This document shows, piece by piece, positions 1-11,136 of a stretch of DNA of 64,000 nt (positions are counted from its first letter, which is position 1; every line of letters starts with the position of its first letter). A program made the translations under genes and the position numbers. The notes beneath the pieces were generated by a model. That model ran no database searches. It worked only from the letters and a program-made list of their open reading frames with translations, and had not been told where the DNA came from. This stretch comes from Methanocaldococcus sp. 28A (GTDB lineage: Archaea > AGJL01 > Methanococci > Methanococcales > Methanocaldococcaceae): assembly GCA_049852185.1 (NCBI GenBank), contig CP187540.1; one strand, 5' to 3'.

Positions 1-1874
1 GTATCTGTTTCTGATTTAAATTTGTGACCTTTCTTTGTTAATTCTTCTTTTAGCTCTTTATAATTACTTATAATCCCATTATGAACTACCGCAATCTCCT
101 CTTTACAGTCAGTGTGAGGATGAGCGTTTTCTTTGCTTATATTTCCATGTGTAGCCCATCTCGAATTATGATTAATTATTAAGTTTCCAATAAAGTTATG
201 ATATTCCTCAACCTCTAAATCATAAACATACTCAATATCTGATTCAATCTTTTCAATCTCAAATTTTGTCCAAACTACATCTCCATCTAAGAATTTTTTT
301 AGATAGTTTGCTTTGTCATATAATCCTCTACTGTTTAGTTCTTCGATAATCTTTTTTATTGTATAGTCGGTGCAATAGTTATCTTCATTTTTTATTGTTT
401 TTAATGAAACACCTACAAATGCCATAATTTCTTTTTTAGTCAGTGGAACTGAAATATATCTAAAGCTAAGTCCTTTCATTTTGTTTAATATGCCCTTTAA
501 TTTTTCCATTTTGTCCTTTGCAGTAAAGCCAATGTATTTCTTAAATAATTCAAAGGATTTTTTATCACTTATAAGAAGTTTATGGAAATTGTTCCAATTT
601 TTCTCTTTTCTCTCTATTTTTAAATATGATGCTAAAATTCCAAATCTCAACAATAAGAACTGAATTTCTTTTATAAGGCATTCGGAAGTCATTCCTATAC
701 CAATTTGCTTAGCATCACCTCCTATATAACCTTCTGCATCAAATATTCCCCTTAAATATGATGCAACTAAATCATTATTTAATCTAAATACAAATTCAGG
801 AGTTCTCTCATGACCTGTTTTATTAAACAACTCTGGAATATTCCCTTTAAACCAATCAACTAAGTATTTGCTGTTTATTTCCAATATGTAATAATTGCCC
901 TCACCTTTTTTGATATTTCCTTCTACGTTAAAAACATTTTTAAATAGTTTATTGTAATATTCCAAGACTTTTTTTCTTTCATCTTTTAATCTTAACATTC
1001 TATTTAAAGAGCATCTATTTCCAATAATATAACCAATAATTTGCATTAATTCATGAGTTGGAGTTTTTGGAAATTTGACAGGATTTGTATAATGTAAATT
1101 ATCCTTATCTACAATCTCTTCAAAGTTGATGCCATAGAGAGAGCATAATTTCTTTAATTTCTCTTCTTTAATGCTTTCCAATCTTCCATTTTCAATTTTT
1201 TCAATGTAGCTTTCTTTTACTCCTACTAATCTTTCAATGTCTTTTCTTGTTAATCCCAATTTTTCTCTAACTTTTCTTAGTTTATTTCTTATTGTTTCGT
1301 CTAACTTATAATGCCTTTCAACATACACATCCTTAAACTCAACTCTATTATTAAAATTATAATTTAACTTCCTTACTATACCAATTAACTCACGTCCATT
1401 TAAATCTTTAACACATTTCTCAACTATCTTTCCATTTTCTACAACAAACAGTTTATGTTCTCCAGTTATGATAAGTTCAGAAAAAGCTGTTTTTATCTTA
1501 TATAATACCTTTGGTGCTTTATGTTTAAACTTTTTGATTTTTTTATTATATACTTTCAAATCTTCAAAATTAACTGATAAAACCTCATTTTTATCATCAA
1601 TTTCAGAAATCTTTTTTATTTTTCCATTTGGTAGTATAATATAAGTATCTGGATGCAAACAATGTCCTATTCCCATATTTCCATAAACACTTAAAAAATC
1701 TTCTTTTTCGGCAACTTCTTCAACTTTTCCAACATTTTTTTTAATAATTAACTTGTCCTCATTAATAACCCCAATCCCACAGCTGTCATATCCTCTATAT
1801 TCTAGCCTTCTTAAACCATTTAATAAGATTTTTGAAGCCTTATCATTTCCAATATAACCAATAATACCACACAT
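1..1874 (-). CDS. glmS: Glutamine--fructose-6-phosphate aminotransferase (5' part, runs off window), intein-containing
   Basis: Reads MCGIIGYIG...[11 protein letters not shown]...GIGH|intein|SRWATHG...NAHPH...VVHNGII (class II glutamine amidotransferase). ATG at 1874 with a GGTG RBS. Absent from the ORF track because it has no stop in the window. Confidence 0.96.
   Translation of the reverse strand, partial: MCGIIGYIGNDKASKILLNGLRRLEYRGYDSCGIGVINEDKLIIKKNVGKVEEVAEKEDFLSVYGNMGIGHCLHPDTYIILPNGKIKKISEIDDKNEVLSVNFEDLKVYNKKIKKFKHKAPKVLYKIKTAFSELIITGEHKLFVVENGKIVEKCVKDLNGRELIGIVRKLNYNFNNRVEFKDVYVERHYKLDETIRNKLRKVREKLGLTRKDIERLVGVKESYIEKIENGRLESIKEEKLKKLCSLYGINFEEIVDKDNLHYTNPVKFPKTPTHELMQIIGYIIGNRCSLNRMLRLKDERKKVLEYYNKLFKNVFNVEGNIKKGEGNYYILEINSKYLVDWFKGNIPELFNKTGHERTPEFVFRLNNDLVASYLRGIFDAEGYIGGDAKQIGIGMTSECLIKEIQFLLLRFGILASYLKIERKEKNWNNFHKLLISDKKSFELFKKYIGFTAKDKMEKLKGILNKMKGLSFRYISVPLTKKEIMAFVGVSLKTIKNEDNYCTDYTIKKIIEELNSRGLYDKANYLKKFLDGDVVWTKFEIEKIESDIEYVYDLEVEEYHNFIGNLIINHNSRWATHGNISKENAHPHTDCKEEIAVVHNGIISNYKELKEELTKKGHKFKSETD
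165..1661 (-). mobile_element. Intein in GlmS (499 aa) with a LAGLIDADG endonuclease region and an XRE-type HTH insert
   Basis: Starts CLHPDTYI, block B ITGEHKLF, block [11 protein letters not shown], ends [18 protein letters not shown] followed by extein Ser. In frame with glmS. Confidence 0.93.
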
Positions 1875-1956
1875 ATATTTCCACCGATAAACCTAAATAT
1901 TTCCTAAAGTAATAAATAGTTAAAGCTAAGAGTTTATATATAAAGAGATAATGAAA

Positions 1957-2145
1957 GCTGTCCCAGATGCGTGAGAAAATGGAGTCCCAAGAGGGACAGT
2001 TATCATCAACTTTTAATTAATGGGAGGAGCTGGGGTCCCCTCGACAGGGGAAGAGACCTATGCCTCCCAATGAACCCAGAGGGAGGCTGGGTTGATGACA
2101 CTCAAGTCCAACATTGTTTATGTTGGACAGACCCCTACCCCTACT
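1957..2145 (+). ncRNA. Candidate structured ncRNA with K-turn module (HgcC-like architecture)
   Basis: GC-rich island in AT-rich intergenic DNA. Stems CTGTCCC/GGGACAG, TGGGAGG/CCTCCCA, AACCCAG/CTGGGTT, GTCCAACAT/ATGTTGGAC. TTTATATA at 1933-1940. Motif shared with the RNA at 25.8 kb. Strand inferred from the shared motif. Confidence 0.6.
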
Positions 2146-2215
2146 AAACAATTAATATTACTGATTAACTTTTTCTCTTTTAAATATTATAATGCTTTGT
2201 TTGGAGGTGAGAGTT

Positions 2216-2497
2216 ATGGTATTTGGTAGTGCAGCGAGGGAGAAAACACCTGAAGAAATATTAAAAGGGGTCGCTTTAATGTTAGATGAGATAATTAATG
2301 ATACAACAGTTCCAAGAAACATTAGAGCTGCTGCAGAAAAAGCTAAGGAAGCTGTTTTAAAAGAGGGGGAGGAACCAATTGTTAGAAGTGCAACCGCAAT
2401 TCATATATTGGATGAGATTAGCAACGACCCAAACATGCCACTTCACACAAGAACTCAAATATGGAGCATTGTTAGTGAATTAGAGAGGGTTAAATAA
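2216..2497 (+). CDS. UPF0147 family protein
   Basis: DTTVPRNIR and [13 protein letters not shown] signatures; GGAGGTGA RBS before ATG 2216. Confidence 0.9.
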   Translation: MVFGSAAREKTPEEILKGVALMLDEIINDTTVPRNIRAAAEKAKEAVLKEGEEPIVRSATAIHILDEISNDPNMPLHTRTQIWSIVSELERVK

Positions 2498-3040
2498 TTT
2501 ATTTGATAAATGCTTTAAAAGTGTGAGCTTTGCCTGTTCTTCTAAAACTTCTACCTTTATATATGCATCTATCAAATCCTTTCCTAAGCACACAACACCA
2601 TGATTTTTTAATATAATTACATCTTCATCTCTTTTTGCAGTTTCTTCAGCCAATTTCAAACTACCTGCTTCAAAATAATCCACATAACCAATCTTTTTTA
2701 AAAATATTTCTCCTTCTGGTGTTAAAAGCTCAATTTCCTTATTTATTGTTGATAAAAAAGTTGAAATAAGTGAATGAGTATGAATTATTGCATTTATATC
2801 TTTTCTTTTTTTATAAATCATTAAGTGGAAATTTTTTTCTGATGTAGGTTTTCCTTTTATAACATTACCATCTAAATCAACTTCAGCTATGTCATCTTCT
2901 TTTAAAAATCCTAAGATTGAGCCAGTAGGTGTTAAATATATTTTATTTCCTTCTCTAACTGATACATTTCCCCCACTACCCACAACATACTTCCTGTCAT
3001 ACAATCTTTTACAGATTTCAATAAACTGGCTTTTATCCAT
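2480..3040 (-). CDS. fucA: L-fuculose-1-phosphate aldolase (class II aldolase)
   Basis: GGNVS, KPTSE, HTHS and NHG zinc ligands. Confidence 0.88.
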   Translation of the reverse strand: MDKSQFIEICKRLYDRKYVVGSGGNVSVREGNKIYLTPTGSILGFLKEDDIAEVDLDGNVIKGKPTSEKNFHLMIYKKRKDINAIIHTHSLISTFLSTINKEIELLTPEGEIFLKKIGYVDYFEAGSLKLAEETAKRDEDVIILKNHGVVCLGKDLIDAYIKVEVLEEQAKLTLLKHLSNKLFNPL

Positions 3041-3051
3041 AATCTCACTTT

Positions 3052-3342
3052 TTATAAAATAAAAACTTTTATTAAAATTATTATAATCAAAAAATATAAG
3101 ATTACAATTAATAAGTTAATAATTAATATATATGTTTTAATAACGGACAAAATTTTTTTAAATTCATCTATTGTTCTTAAATACATCCCCATAAATATTA
3201 TAATGTCATTTTTTAGATTATTTTCAATTTTTTTATTTAATTTATTTTCATAATTAATAAGTTTTGCATCTACTCTTTTCTCAATTTCTAAAATTTTTTT
3301 ACTCAATACCTCCAATCTCTCTTCAATTTCATTATCATCCAT
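3052..3342 (-). CDS. Hypothetical protein, coiled coil plus C-terminal transmembrane helix
   Basis: 96-aa ORF co-oriented between lonB and fucA; hydrophobic C-terminus. Confidence 0.6.
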   Translation of the reverse strand: MDDNEIEERLEVLSKKILEIEKRVDAKLINYENKLNKKIENNLKNDIIIFMGMYLRTIDEFKKILSVIKTYILIINLLIVILYFLIIIILIKVFIL

Positions 3343-3373
3343 AGTAGCACTTCTTTTTAAACTATTTAAACTA

Positions 3374-5338
3374 TTAATTTGTTTTAATATCTTCTTTTTT
3401 ATATTTTATAGAATCTAAGTCAAATACAAGAGGTATTATTTCATCTAAAGTTTTTACAGGAATAATCTCTATTCCTTCTGTCTCAATAACATCTACCATG
3501 TTTGCCTCAGGAATTATTACTCTTTTAAACCCATATCTCTTTGCTGCCTCTATTTTTTCATTAACTCCTCCAATTGCTAAAACATTTCCACTTAAATCTA
3601 AGCTTCCAGTTATAGCGAAGTCCTGTTTTAATGGAATTTCTAATAAAGCTGAGATTATTGCTAAACAAACTGCAGCTGTAGCACTATCTCCATCAATCTT
3701 TGAATAGGACTGGCTGAATTGAATATATATATCTTTGTTATTTAGGTCAATATCCTTCTTAGGTAGTGGCAATTTACCCTCACTAACAAGTTTTTTTGAT
3801 AATGCTGAAGCCAAAGTTATTGAATGCTTTGCAATATCTCCAGAAATATTTAGTAGATGAGTTCCAGGATTTTTTGAATCTAATATTTGAACTATAATCT
3901 TTGTTACATCTCCAATTCCTCCAGTTCCTAAAACTGCTAAGCCATATATAACTCCAACCTTTGGCTTATCGTTTGGCATAATATGCTTATATCTCTTGAA
4001 GTTTTTAATGTAGTTTAATGCCACTTGTTTCTCCATACTGTAGATTCCTGATTCAAATACTTTTTTTATGTGCTCAGCTGTTATATACACTTTGCTATTT
4101 TTATCTTTTTGAGTTTCAGGTTCATAGTTACCTCTCTCATCAAAATTACCCAATAATTCCTCAATATCTTTGCCCATTGCTACATCATTAGCCATTTTTA
4201 TTATATTTGATAACAATCTTAGCCTTAAGGTTAATTTATCCTTAGAACCAGCTAAGTATTGAGCAATTTTTACAACTTCACAACATCCATCATAAGTCAT
4301 TGGGTTTAAGTTATTATTTTTAATTTCTTGAACTATAAACTGTAGTAACTTATCTCTATTCTCTAATGTGTTGTCCATCTTGTTCTTTAAAACTATTTTA
4401 TAGTCAATTCTATCCAACAATGGAGCTCTTAAATTATAAACATCATCCATGTTTCCAGACATTATTAAGATGAAATCGCAAGGTATTGGATTTGTTTCTA
4501 CAGTAGCCCCACTTGAATTTGGGTTTCTTCCACTAATTGGAAGCTTTTTATCTTGTAAGGCAGTTAAGATATAATCTTGCACTTCCAATGGCATTGTCTT
4601 TATTTCATCTACATACAAAATTCCTCTGTGTGCTTCATGAATTGCTCCCAATATAATCCTCTTATGTGGAGGAGTACCTAATGGAGGTCTTCCTCCTAAT
4701 GGACAATGTTTTATATCTCCTAACAACCTTGTTACGTTGTAAGCACTTGCTCTTACAAGAGGCCTTTTTTTGCATTCATACAGCAGAACAGGTTTTAAAT
4801 CCATTGGGCTCAAATTATTTGACATAGAAGACCTTGATGTCCCCATTATAGTAGTTAATATTATTACAAATCCAAATATTAAAACTATGAGAGATATTAT
4901 AGTTACCGCTGCAAGTAGATAGGTTTCAGGCATACCTCTTAAAAGAAACTCTGATAATAAAATTGCTATAATCATTATTAAAAGTAGAGTTGTTGAATTC
5001 GGAGATTTAAAGTCTAATTTTGCTACATCTTTGGAATCTTCTTTATATTCTCCATCAATAACCTCTACTATTGGTCTTTCCATATTGTTTAAATTTGGTT
5101 TTGCAATAACATAATAAGGTGTAAATTCTCCAAAATCTTGTAATATTTCTCCAATTGCTTTTACTATCATTGACTTCCCTACTCCTGGGTCTCCTAACAA
5201 AATAACATTTCTTTTATTTTTTACAGCTGATAAAACAATTTTTACAGCCTCATCTTGCCCAATAACTTGGTCAATCAATCTTGGAGATGGTTCAGGTAAT
5301 TCCTCAGTTGTTTTGAATTTCATTGAAAACATACTCAC
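3374..5338 (-). CDS. lonB: Archaeal membrane-anchored Lon protease (LonB)
   Basis: Walker A GDPGVGKS, two TM helices, Walker B YVDE, catalytic DGDSA and GVNEK. Confidence 0.95.
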   Translation of the reverse strand: MSMFSMKFKTTEELPEPSPRLIDQVIGQDEAVKIVLSAVKNKRNVILLGDPGVGKSMIVKAIGEILQDFGEFTPYYVIAKPNLNNMERPIVEVIDGEYKEDSKDVAKLDFKSPNSTTLLLIMIIAILLSEFLLRGMPETYLLAAVTIISLIVLIFGFVIILTTIMGTSRSSMSNNLSPMDLKPVLLYECKKRPLVRASAYNVTRLLGDIKHCPLGGRPPLGTPPHKRIILGAIHEAHRGILYVDEIKTMPLEVQDYILTALQDKKLPISGRNPNSSGATVETNPIPCDFILIMSGNMDDVYNLRAPLLDRIDYKIVLKNKMDNTLENRDKLLQFIVQEIKNNNLNPMTYDGCCEVVKIAQYLAGSKDKLTLRLRLLSNIIKMANDVAMGKDIEELLGNFDERGNYEPETQKDKNSKVYITAEHIKKVFESGIYSMEKQVALNYIKNFKRYKHIMPNDKPKVGVIYGLAVLGTGGIGDVTKIIVQILDSKNPGTHLLNISGDIAKHSITLASALSKKLVSEGKLPLPKKDIDLNNKDIYIQFSQSYSKIDGDSATAAVCLAIISALLEIPLKQDFAITGSLDLSGNVLAIGGVNEKIEAAKRYGFKRVIIPEANMVDVIETEGIEIIPVKTLDEIIPLVFDLDSIKYKKEDIKTN

Positions 5339-5478
5339 ACCTTAAACTTAGTTAAAAATTTGTTTTTTCCTGTAAATTTTTGTACATCTAAATAAATAAT
5401 TTTTATAATCTCATAATTATAATTAATAATTATAAAACTAATATTGAAAATACAAAAGCTAATATTTATAAGTTTTTA

Positions 5479-6843
5479 TTGGGTGAAAAAATGGACTTAG
5501 AGGGATATGTTAGAAGATGTCTAAGAAAAAAAATTCCAGAAAATAAGATTATTGAAGATGGATTTAAGAGAATTTTAGAAATTAAAGAAAATGTGGATGA
5601 AGAATTTGCTAAAAAGTTTATAAAAGCAATATTAGAAGAGGTAAAAACTACTGAAAAATTTAAAGAAATTGATGATGAGAATTTAAAAAACCTGTTGAAA
5701 TATCCAGAGTCAAAAGTTACAATGGGAGAAATGGGAGTTGGAAGTAGAGGAGAAGGAGATTTTTTTGTTCATAGAGAGATAGCAAGGATAGTTAAAAGCA
5801 CTAAAGTTAAAGCCTATGTTTCAGCTGAAGAGCAAGATGATGCTGGAATTGTTAAGGCTGATGCAAAATATATAGTTGCAGCAATAGATGGGACTCATTC
5901 AAGGCTTAGTGATTTCCCATTCTTAGGAGGTTTTCATGTAGCAAGAGCTGCTTTAAGAGATATTTATGTTATGGGAGCTGAGGCTGTTGCTTTAATTAGT
6001 GATGTGCATTTAGCTGATGATGGAGATATTGGAAAAATATTTGATTTTACAGCAGGAATATGTGCAGTTTCTGAGGCGGTTAATGTTCCTTTAATAGGGG
6101 GAAGCACTTTAAGAGTTGGAGGAGATATGGTAATTGGAGACAGGTTGGTTAGTGCTGTTGGAGCAATTGGAGTTATTAAAGAAGGAGAACCAACAGCAAG
6201 AAGAAATGCTGAGATTGGAGATATCATATTGATGACAGAGGGTAGTGGGGGAGGGACAATAACGACAACTGCCTTATATTACGGATGGTTTGATGTGATT
6301 TATGAAACTTTAAATGTAGATTTTATAAAAGCTTGCCAAAATTTGATTAAAAGTGGTTTAATTAAAAATATTCATGCAATGACTGATGTTACAAATGGTG
6401 GTTTAAGGGGAGATGCTTATGAAATTTCAAAAACAGCCAAAGTTTCATTAATATTTGATAAAGAGAAAGTTTATAAAACAATTAATCCAAAGGTTTTGGA
6501 AATGCTTGAAGCATTGAATATAGACCCTCTCGGTGTTTCTACAGACTCTCTAATGATTATATGTCCAGAAGAATATGCTAAAGAGATAAAAAAAGTTACT
6601 GGAGCTATAGAAGTAGGATATGTTGAAGAAGGTAATGAGAGTTATTTAGTTGATGGAAACAAAAAAATTCCACTAAAACCAATGTTTAGAGAATCTGCCT
6701 ACACACCAGTTAAAAAGGTTGTTGGTGAGAAAAAACCTAAAAACTTTGAGGAGATGAAAGAAAAGGTTAAAAAAGCATGTGATGAAGCAATTAAAAAGAA
6801 AGATTTTGTAGTTGAATTATTAAAAAAGAGGAAGGATAATTAA
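5479..6843 (+). CDS. AIR synthase (PurM/HypE/SelD/ThiL) superfamily protein
   Basis: QDDAG, IDGTH, ARRNAEIGD and TDVTNGG motifs. Confidence 0.82.
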   Translation: MGEKMDLEGYVRRCLRKKIPENKIIEDGFKRILEIKENVDEEFAKKFIKAILEEVKTTEKFKEIDDENLKNLLKYPESKVTMGEMGVGSRGEGDFFVHREIARIVKSTKVKAYVSAEEQDDAGIVKADAKYIVAAIDGTHSRLSDFPFLGGFHVARAALRDIYVMGAEAVALISDVHLADDGDIGKIFDFTAGICAVSEAVNVPLIGGSTLRVGGDMVIGDRLVSAVGAIGVIKEGEPTARRNAEIGDIILMTEGSGGGTITTTALYYGWFDVIYETLNVDFIKACQNLIKSGLIKNIHAMTDVTNGGLRGDAYEISKTAKVSLIFDKEKVYKTINPKVLEMLEALNIDPLGVSTDSLMIICPEEYAKEIKKVTGAIEVGYVEEGNESYLVDGNKKIPLKPMFRESAYTPVKKVVGEKKPKNFEEMKEKVKKACDEAIKKKDFVVELLKKRKDN

Positions 6844-6862
6844 AATAAATTTTTATAAATTT

Positions 6863-7975
6863 TTAATACTTTCCTTCTAAGATTTTTACAGCAATTTCCT
6901 TTGCTTGCTCTCTCTTCTCTTTCAAATCTTTTAAAAACTCTACAACCATTTCATAAGCCATTTTTTTACATTTACCACAAGTTAGCTCTCCATTTTTACA
7001 TTTTTGATATATATCAGCAAGTTCTTTATCATCTAAGATTAAGTGATATAAGAATAGTTCATAAATTACACATTCTTCTGGAATTCCTCCATATTTTTTA
7101 TGCTCCTCCAAAGTCTCTCTTCCTCCAGTTTTAGCTGAGAATATCTTCTTTTTAACAGTTTTTTCATCATCAGTTAAAAATATTGCTGTCTCTGGTTTTG
7201 AAGAGCTCATTTTTCCTCCTAACAATCCAGTCATAAATCTATGATAGGTTGAAGAAGGAGGGATGAAGTTATATTCCTTAGCTCTATTTGCGATATCCCT
7301 TGTTAATCTTATATGAGGGTCTTGGTCTATTCCAACGGGAACAACAACTGGTTTAGGTTCTGGATTTAAATTTTCATCAAGTTGAGGATGTAAAATATCT
7401 GCAACTTGAACTATTGGAGCAAAGACATGTCCAATATTTGTTTCTCCTTTAAATCCATAAATTGCTTTCATTTCACTCCAATTTGTTCTTTTAGATAAAA
7501 TTAAAGCCAAATCTTTAACTTTCTGATATTTTGATTGTAAATAAACATTAATTTTTTCTGGTTCCAACCCTAAAGCTATGTAGTTAGTTATATATTCATT
7601 TAAAGCTAATTCTTTTGTAGTTTCAAAGCTCATGTTTCTTGTCCAATATGCCTCCAAATCAGCTATGGGGATATTTATATTGTCAGTGTATTTTTGATAG
7701 AATTTTAATAAATCTACCACCATCTTATGCCCAAAGTGCATTTTTCCAGAAGGCATCATTCCACTAACTACTGCAAACTCTTTATTATTCTTTATAGCAT
7801 CAACTATTCTCTCAAAATCTCTATGACCCAATATAATATTCCTCCTAAAGAAATGATGCTCCTCTTTCAAATTATCCAAAACATCAGCTATTGGCTTAAC
7901 TCCAAACTGTTCCATTGTTTTTTTATAATCAATAACTGCCGGTGTTTCCCATGGAGTTAATTCCATAAATTTCAC
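6863..7975 (-). CDS. trpS: Tryptophan--tRNA ligase
   Basis: PSGKMHFGH, GIDQDPH, KMSSS. Confidence 0.97.
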   Translation of the reverse strand: MKFMELTPWETPAVIDYKKTMEQFGVKPIADVLDNLKEEHHFFRRNIILGHRDFERIVDAIKNNKEFAVVSGMMPSGKMHFGHKMVVDLLKFYQKYTDNINIPIADLEAYWTRNMSFETTKELALNEYITNYIALGLEPEKINVYLQSKYQKVKDLALILSKRTNWSEMKAIYGFKGETNIGHVFAPIVQVADILHPQLDENLNPEPKPVVVPVGIDQDPHIRLTRDIANRAKEYNFIPPSSTYHRFMTGLLGGKMSSSKPETAIFLTDDEKTVKKKIFSAKTGGRETLEEHKKYGGIPEECVIYELFLYHLILDDKELADIYQKCKNGELTCGKCKKMAYEMVVEFLKDLKEKREQAKEIAVKILEGKY

Positions 7976-8082
7976 CTTTAGAAACTTTGGGTGATTAGAT
8001 ATTACTTAAAGTAGTTTATAAACTAAATAATAAAAAATTCACTCATTTAATAATTAAAAGCATAAAAAGAAAAAAATTATTT

Positions 8083-9579
8083 TTATTTTTTTAACAATAA
8101 ATAAACATCTTCCCCACTTTTTACATTTTTTAAATATTCAGCATTTTCAACAATTTTCCCAACAATATTTGTTTTTTCAAAGCTCTCTCCTGTAGGTCCA
8201 AATTTTTCACTCTCTCCCAATCTAACGCCAATCATCCCTTTATACCTACTAACCATGTTTGTTACTCCAATAGCATATTGTTCAACTTTATCTGTTGGTG
8301 TGTTTTCAGGCAATAAACCTTTAGCATATTCAGAATTTCCTTTAAACATTATAACATCTTTATGTTTGAAATAAACATGTAATTTTCCAACTCTTTTTGT
8401 TGTTAATCCAGTAGTTTTTCTGAAATACCATGTTGTTATTGGAGCTTTATCCTCATATAACTCTATAACAACTATTTTACTCTTATCCAATCCTCTAATT
8501 TTAACTTTCTTTTCTTTTAATACCTCTAAGGTGTATTCTGGCTCTTGCTCAACAACAATTGCATTTTCTAAATCACCCTCTTTCTCTACCTCTATATTGT
8601 ATTTTTTAAATATTTCCTCAGCTTCTTCTATAGTTAAACCAATAGCACACAACCTCTCAGGGCTTATTTTCACTGACAAAATTCCAGAGTCAGAGAAATC
8701 AATAAGCTCCATCCCTTCCTGAACTCTTCCAACAACTGTATGAGATAGAGAGGAACTCCTACTTTCTCTATAGATATAAACTTTACCCTCTCCTACCCCA
8801 TAATTTCTTACGGTTATAAAGCCTCTCTCCCTATCAATTAAATTCCCTTCTTCAATTTTTAATGTTTGTAATCTGCAATCTGCAATATAAGTATTTGTAT
8901 TTTCAGAAATCTCAAATATTCCATTCTCCATTAAAGCTAAACAATGCTCTACTGCTGAAGGAGTTCCATCAAACTCAGCTGTAAAGTACGTGTAAATCTT
9001 CCAGCCATCTTCTAATTTTAAATCTAAATCAGTAGTTACTAAGTAATCAACGGCCTCTTTCTCCTCTCTAATTGGCTCTATATCTATAATTTTATCTCCA
9101 ACTTCTAACCTATTAATAACCCACTTACCTCCAACAACAATTCCAATCTTTGGCTCTTTTAATCCATAAACTCCCTCAGTTTTTTTCTTAATAAATACAA
9201 TATGTCCCTCATCTTTATCTAAACCAGATATACTTAAAACAACATCCCATTTTTTAAACTCTTTTGGTTCAGTAGAAATTTCTAAGTCAATTGTTGTTGA
9301 ACCAAAAGCCAAATCTATTCCACTAACCCATCTAAGCTTTTTCACAAAATCTTTGTAATTATTTATGAAAAATTTCGCTGTTTCGTTATCTTCAGTTATT
9401 GCTATTGTTATATTCCCCTTAGTTGTTTTAATTAAAAATTTCTTTGGAATTTTTTCAGCTTCTCTTTTAATTCCTTTTATAATAACAATATTTGCTCCCT
9501 CTTTATAATACTCATCCTTTATTACATCTTTTAAAGTTTCTCCAACCTTTTCTTTTCCATTTACAATTACCTTAGCCAT
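8083..9579 (-). CDS. Methanogenesis marker protein 3 (UPF0288, cyclophilin-like)
   Basis: [15 protein letters not shown]...[13 protein letters not shown] and FGPTGE motifs; ~500 aa. Confidence 0.8.
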   Translation of the reverse strand: MAKVIVNGKEKVGETLKDVIKDEYYKEGANIVIIKGIKREAEKIPKKFLIKTTKGNITIAITEDNETAKFFINNYKDFVKKLRWVSGIDLAFGSTTIDLEISTEPKEFKKWDVVLSISGLDKDEGHIVFIKKKTEGVYGLKEPKIGIVVGGKWVINRLEVGDKIIDIEPIREEKEAVDYLVTTDLDLKLEDGWKIYTYFTAEFDGTPSAVEHCLALMENGIFEISENTNTYIADCRLQTLKIEEGNLIDRERGFITVRNYGVGEGKVYIYRESRSSSLSHTVVGRVQEGMELIDFSDSGILSVKISPERLCAIGLTIEEAEEIFKKYNIEVEKEGDLENAIVVEQEPEYTLEVLKEKKVKIRGLDKSKIVVIELYEDKAPITTWYFRKTTGLTTKRVGKLHVYFKHKDVIMFKGNSEYAKGLLPENTPTDKVEQYAIGVTNMVSRYKGMIGVRLGESEKFGPTGESFEKTNIVGKIVENAEYLKNVKSGEDVYLLLKK

Positions 9580-9597
9580 AGTCTCACCAAATTAAAC

Positions 9598-10989
9598 TTA
9601 TTTTGAAATTATAATTGTTTTTATTTCGCTCATCTCTTCTATTGCATATTTAATTCCTTCTCTTCCTAACCCACTTTTTTTAACTCCTCCAAATGGCATA
9701 TTATCTTGCCTAAATAATGATGAATCATTTATAACTACTCCTCCAAATTCCAAATGCTCAGCAAATTTTAAAGCTTTATTAATATCATTGGTAAATACTG
9801 CTGAATGCAACCCATATTCTGTGCTGTTGGCTATATCAATCATCTCCTCTTCAGTAGTTCTAATTATTGGAATTACTGGAGCAAAAGTTTCAGTTTTGCA
9901 TAGAATGTTGTCTCTATCAACTTCCAATATTGTTGGATAAAAGAGAGCTTTATCTCTCTTTCCTCCTAAAAGCAATTTTCCTCCATCATCAATTGCTTTT
10001 TCTACAATTTTTTCAACCCATTCCGCATGTTCAACACTTATTAATGGCCCAACATCAGTTTTCTCATCCAATGGATTTCCTACATTAAGTTCTTTGGCTT
10101 TATTTACAAACATATCTATAAACTTATCTGCTATACTCTCATCAACTAAAATCATCCCCACAGAGATGCAAACCTGCCCTGCATAAATAAAGCTTCCTTT
10201 TATTAAAGAACTAACAGTTTTCTCTAAATTAGCATCTTTTAATACAATATTTGGATTAACCCCTCCCAATTCTAAGGTAATTTTTTTAAAACCTGCCTTT
10301 TTAGTTATCATCTCTCCAACTTTAACACTTCCAGTAAATGATATCATATTAACCTTCTCATTAACAACTATTTCATCTCCAACAACCTCCCCAGCCCCTG
10401 TTAGCAAATTATAAACACCTAATGGGACATTATATTTCTTTAAAGCATTTTCTATAATTTTAGCTAACTCTATACAAACAAGAGGAGCTTTTGATGATGG
10501 ATGATGAACAATAACATTCCCAGTAGCTATAGCTGGAGCTATCTTGTGAGCTGATAAATTTAGAGGGAAATTGAATGGTGTTATAGCCCCCACTATACCA
10601 ACTGGTTCTCTCTTTGTAAAAATTAATTTATCATCTGATGGGATTACCTCATCTCTAAACTCTTTAACATAAAAAGCGGCTAATTTAAATGTTCCAATAC
10701 TTCTTTCAACCTCTACTCTTCCCTGTTTTATTGGTTTCCCTGCATCTATAGCCAATATTTTAGCAAGTTCCTCTTTCTTTTCTTTAATTTGTTTGGCAAT
10801 ATTCATTAAGATGTTATATCTTTTGGTTATGGAGAGGTTTTTCATAACTTCTTTATATTTCTCAGCTATATCTATAGCTTCTTTAACCTCCTCTCTACTT
10901 AAAGCAGGGATTTTTTTAATAACTTCTAATGAATATGGGTTAATAACTTCAATATCTTCCCTATCTATCCACTTCCCATTGATGAACAT
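9598..10989 (-). CDS. NAD-dependent aldehyde dehydrogenase, probable lactaldehyde dehydrogenase
   Basis: ITPFNFP, FTGS, LELGG, GQVC, ETFAP and PFGGVKKSG motifs. Confidence 0.9.
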   Translation of the reverse strand: MFINGKWIDREDIEVINPYSLEVIKKIPALSREEVKEAIDIAEKYKEVMKNLSITKRYNILMNIAKQIKEKKEELAKILAIDAGKPIKQGRVEVERSIGTFKLAAFYVKEFRDEVIPSDDKLIFTKREPVGIVGAITPFNFPLNLSAHKIAPAIATGNVIVHHPSSKAPLVCIELAKIIENALKKYNVPLGVYNLLTGAGEVVGDEIVVNEKVNMISFTGSVKVGEMITKKAGFKKITLELGGVNPNIVLKDANLEKTVSSLIKGSFIYAGQVCISVGMILVDESIADKFIDMFVNKAKELNVGNPLDEKTDVGPLISVEHAEWVEKIVEKAIDDGGKLLLGGKRDKALFYPTILEVDRDNILCKTETFAPVIPIIRTTEEEMIDIANSTEYGLHSAVFTNDINKALKFAEHLEFGGVVINDSSLFRQDNMPFGGVKKSGLGREGIKYAIEEMSEIKTIIISK

Positions 10990-11020
10990 AATCTCACCAG
11001 ATAAAAAGAATCTTAGTAAT

Positions 11021-11136
11021 TTATGGTTGTGTGCAAAATAAAATAAACTTTAAAAAGGACAATTTGAATGCCTTCCATAAGGAAGGCATTCACTAATTCC
11101 TTATTTTAATTAAGATAGTTTTGCACACAACTATAA
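11021..11136. repeat. MITE-like palindromic repeat, family B
   Basis: Ends TTATGGTTGTGTGCAAAA / TTTTGCACACAACTATAA; internal palindrome GAATGCCTTCC-ATAA-GGAAGGCATTC. Copies at 31170, 52478 and 62741. Confidence 0.88.

Noticed and set aside
1951-2090. Tiny ORF ATG...TGA...TAA (MKAVPDA*ENGVPRGTVIINF) followed by GAACCC-AGA-GGGA, resembling a selenopeptide plus archaeal SECIS core
   Set aside because: The ATG is only ~10 nt from the TATA box, so it is upstream of the likely start site. There is no RBS, the SECIS lower stem does not form well, and the motif is better explained by the K-turn helix shared with the 25.8-kb RNA.
1957-2145. Identity as RNase P RNA, SRP RNA, tRNA or bacterial glmS ribozyme
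   Set aside because: None of their conserved sequence motifs are present.
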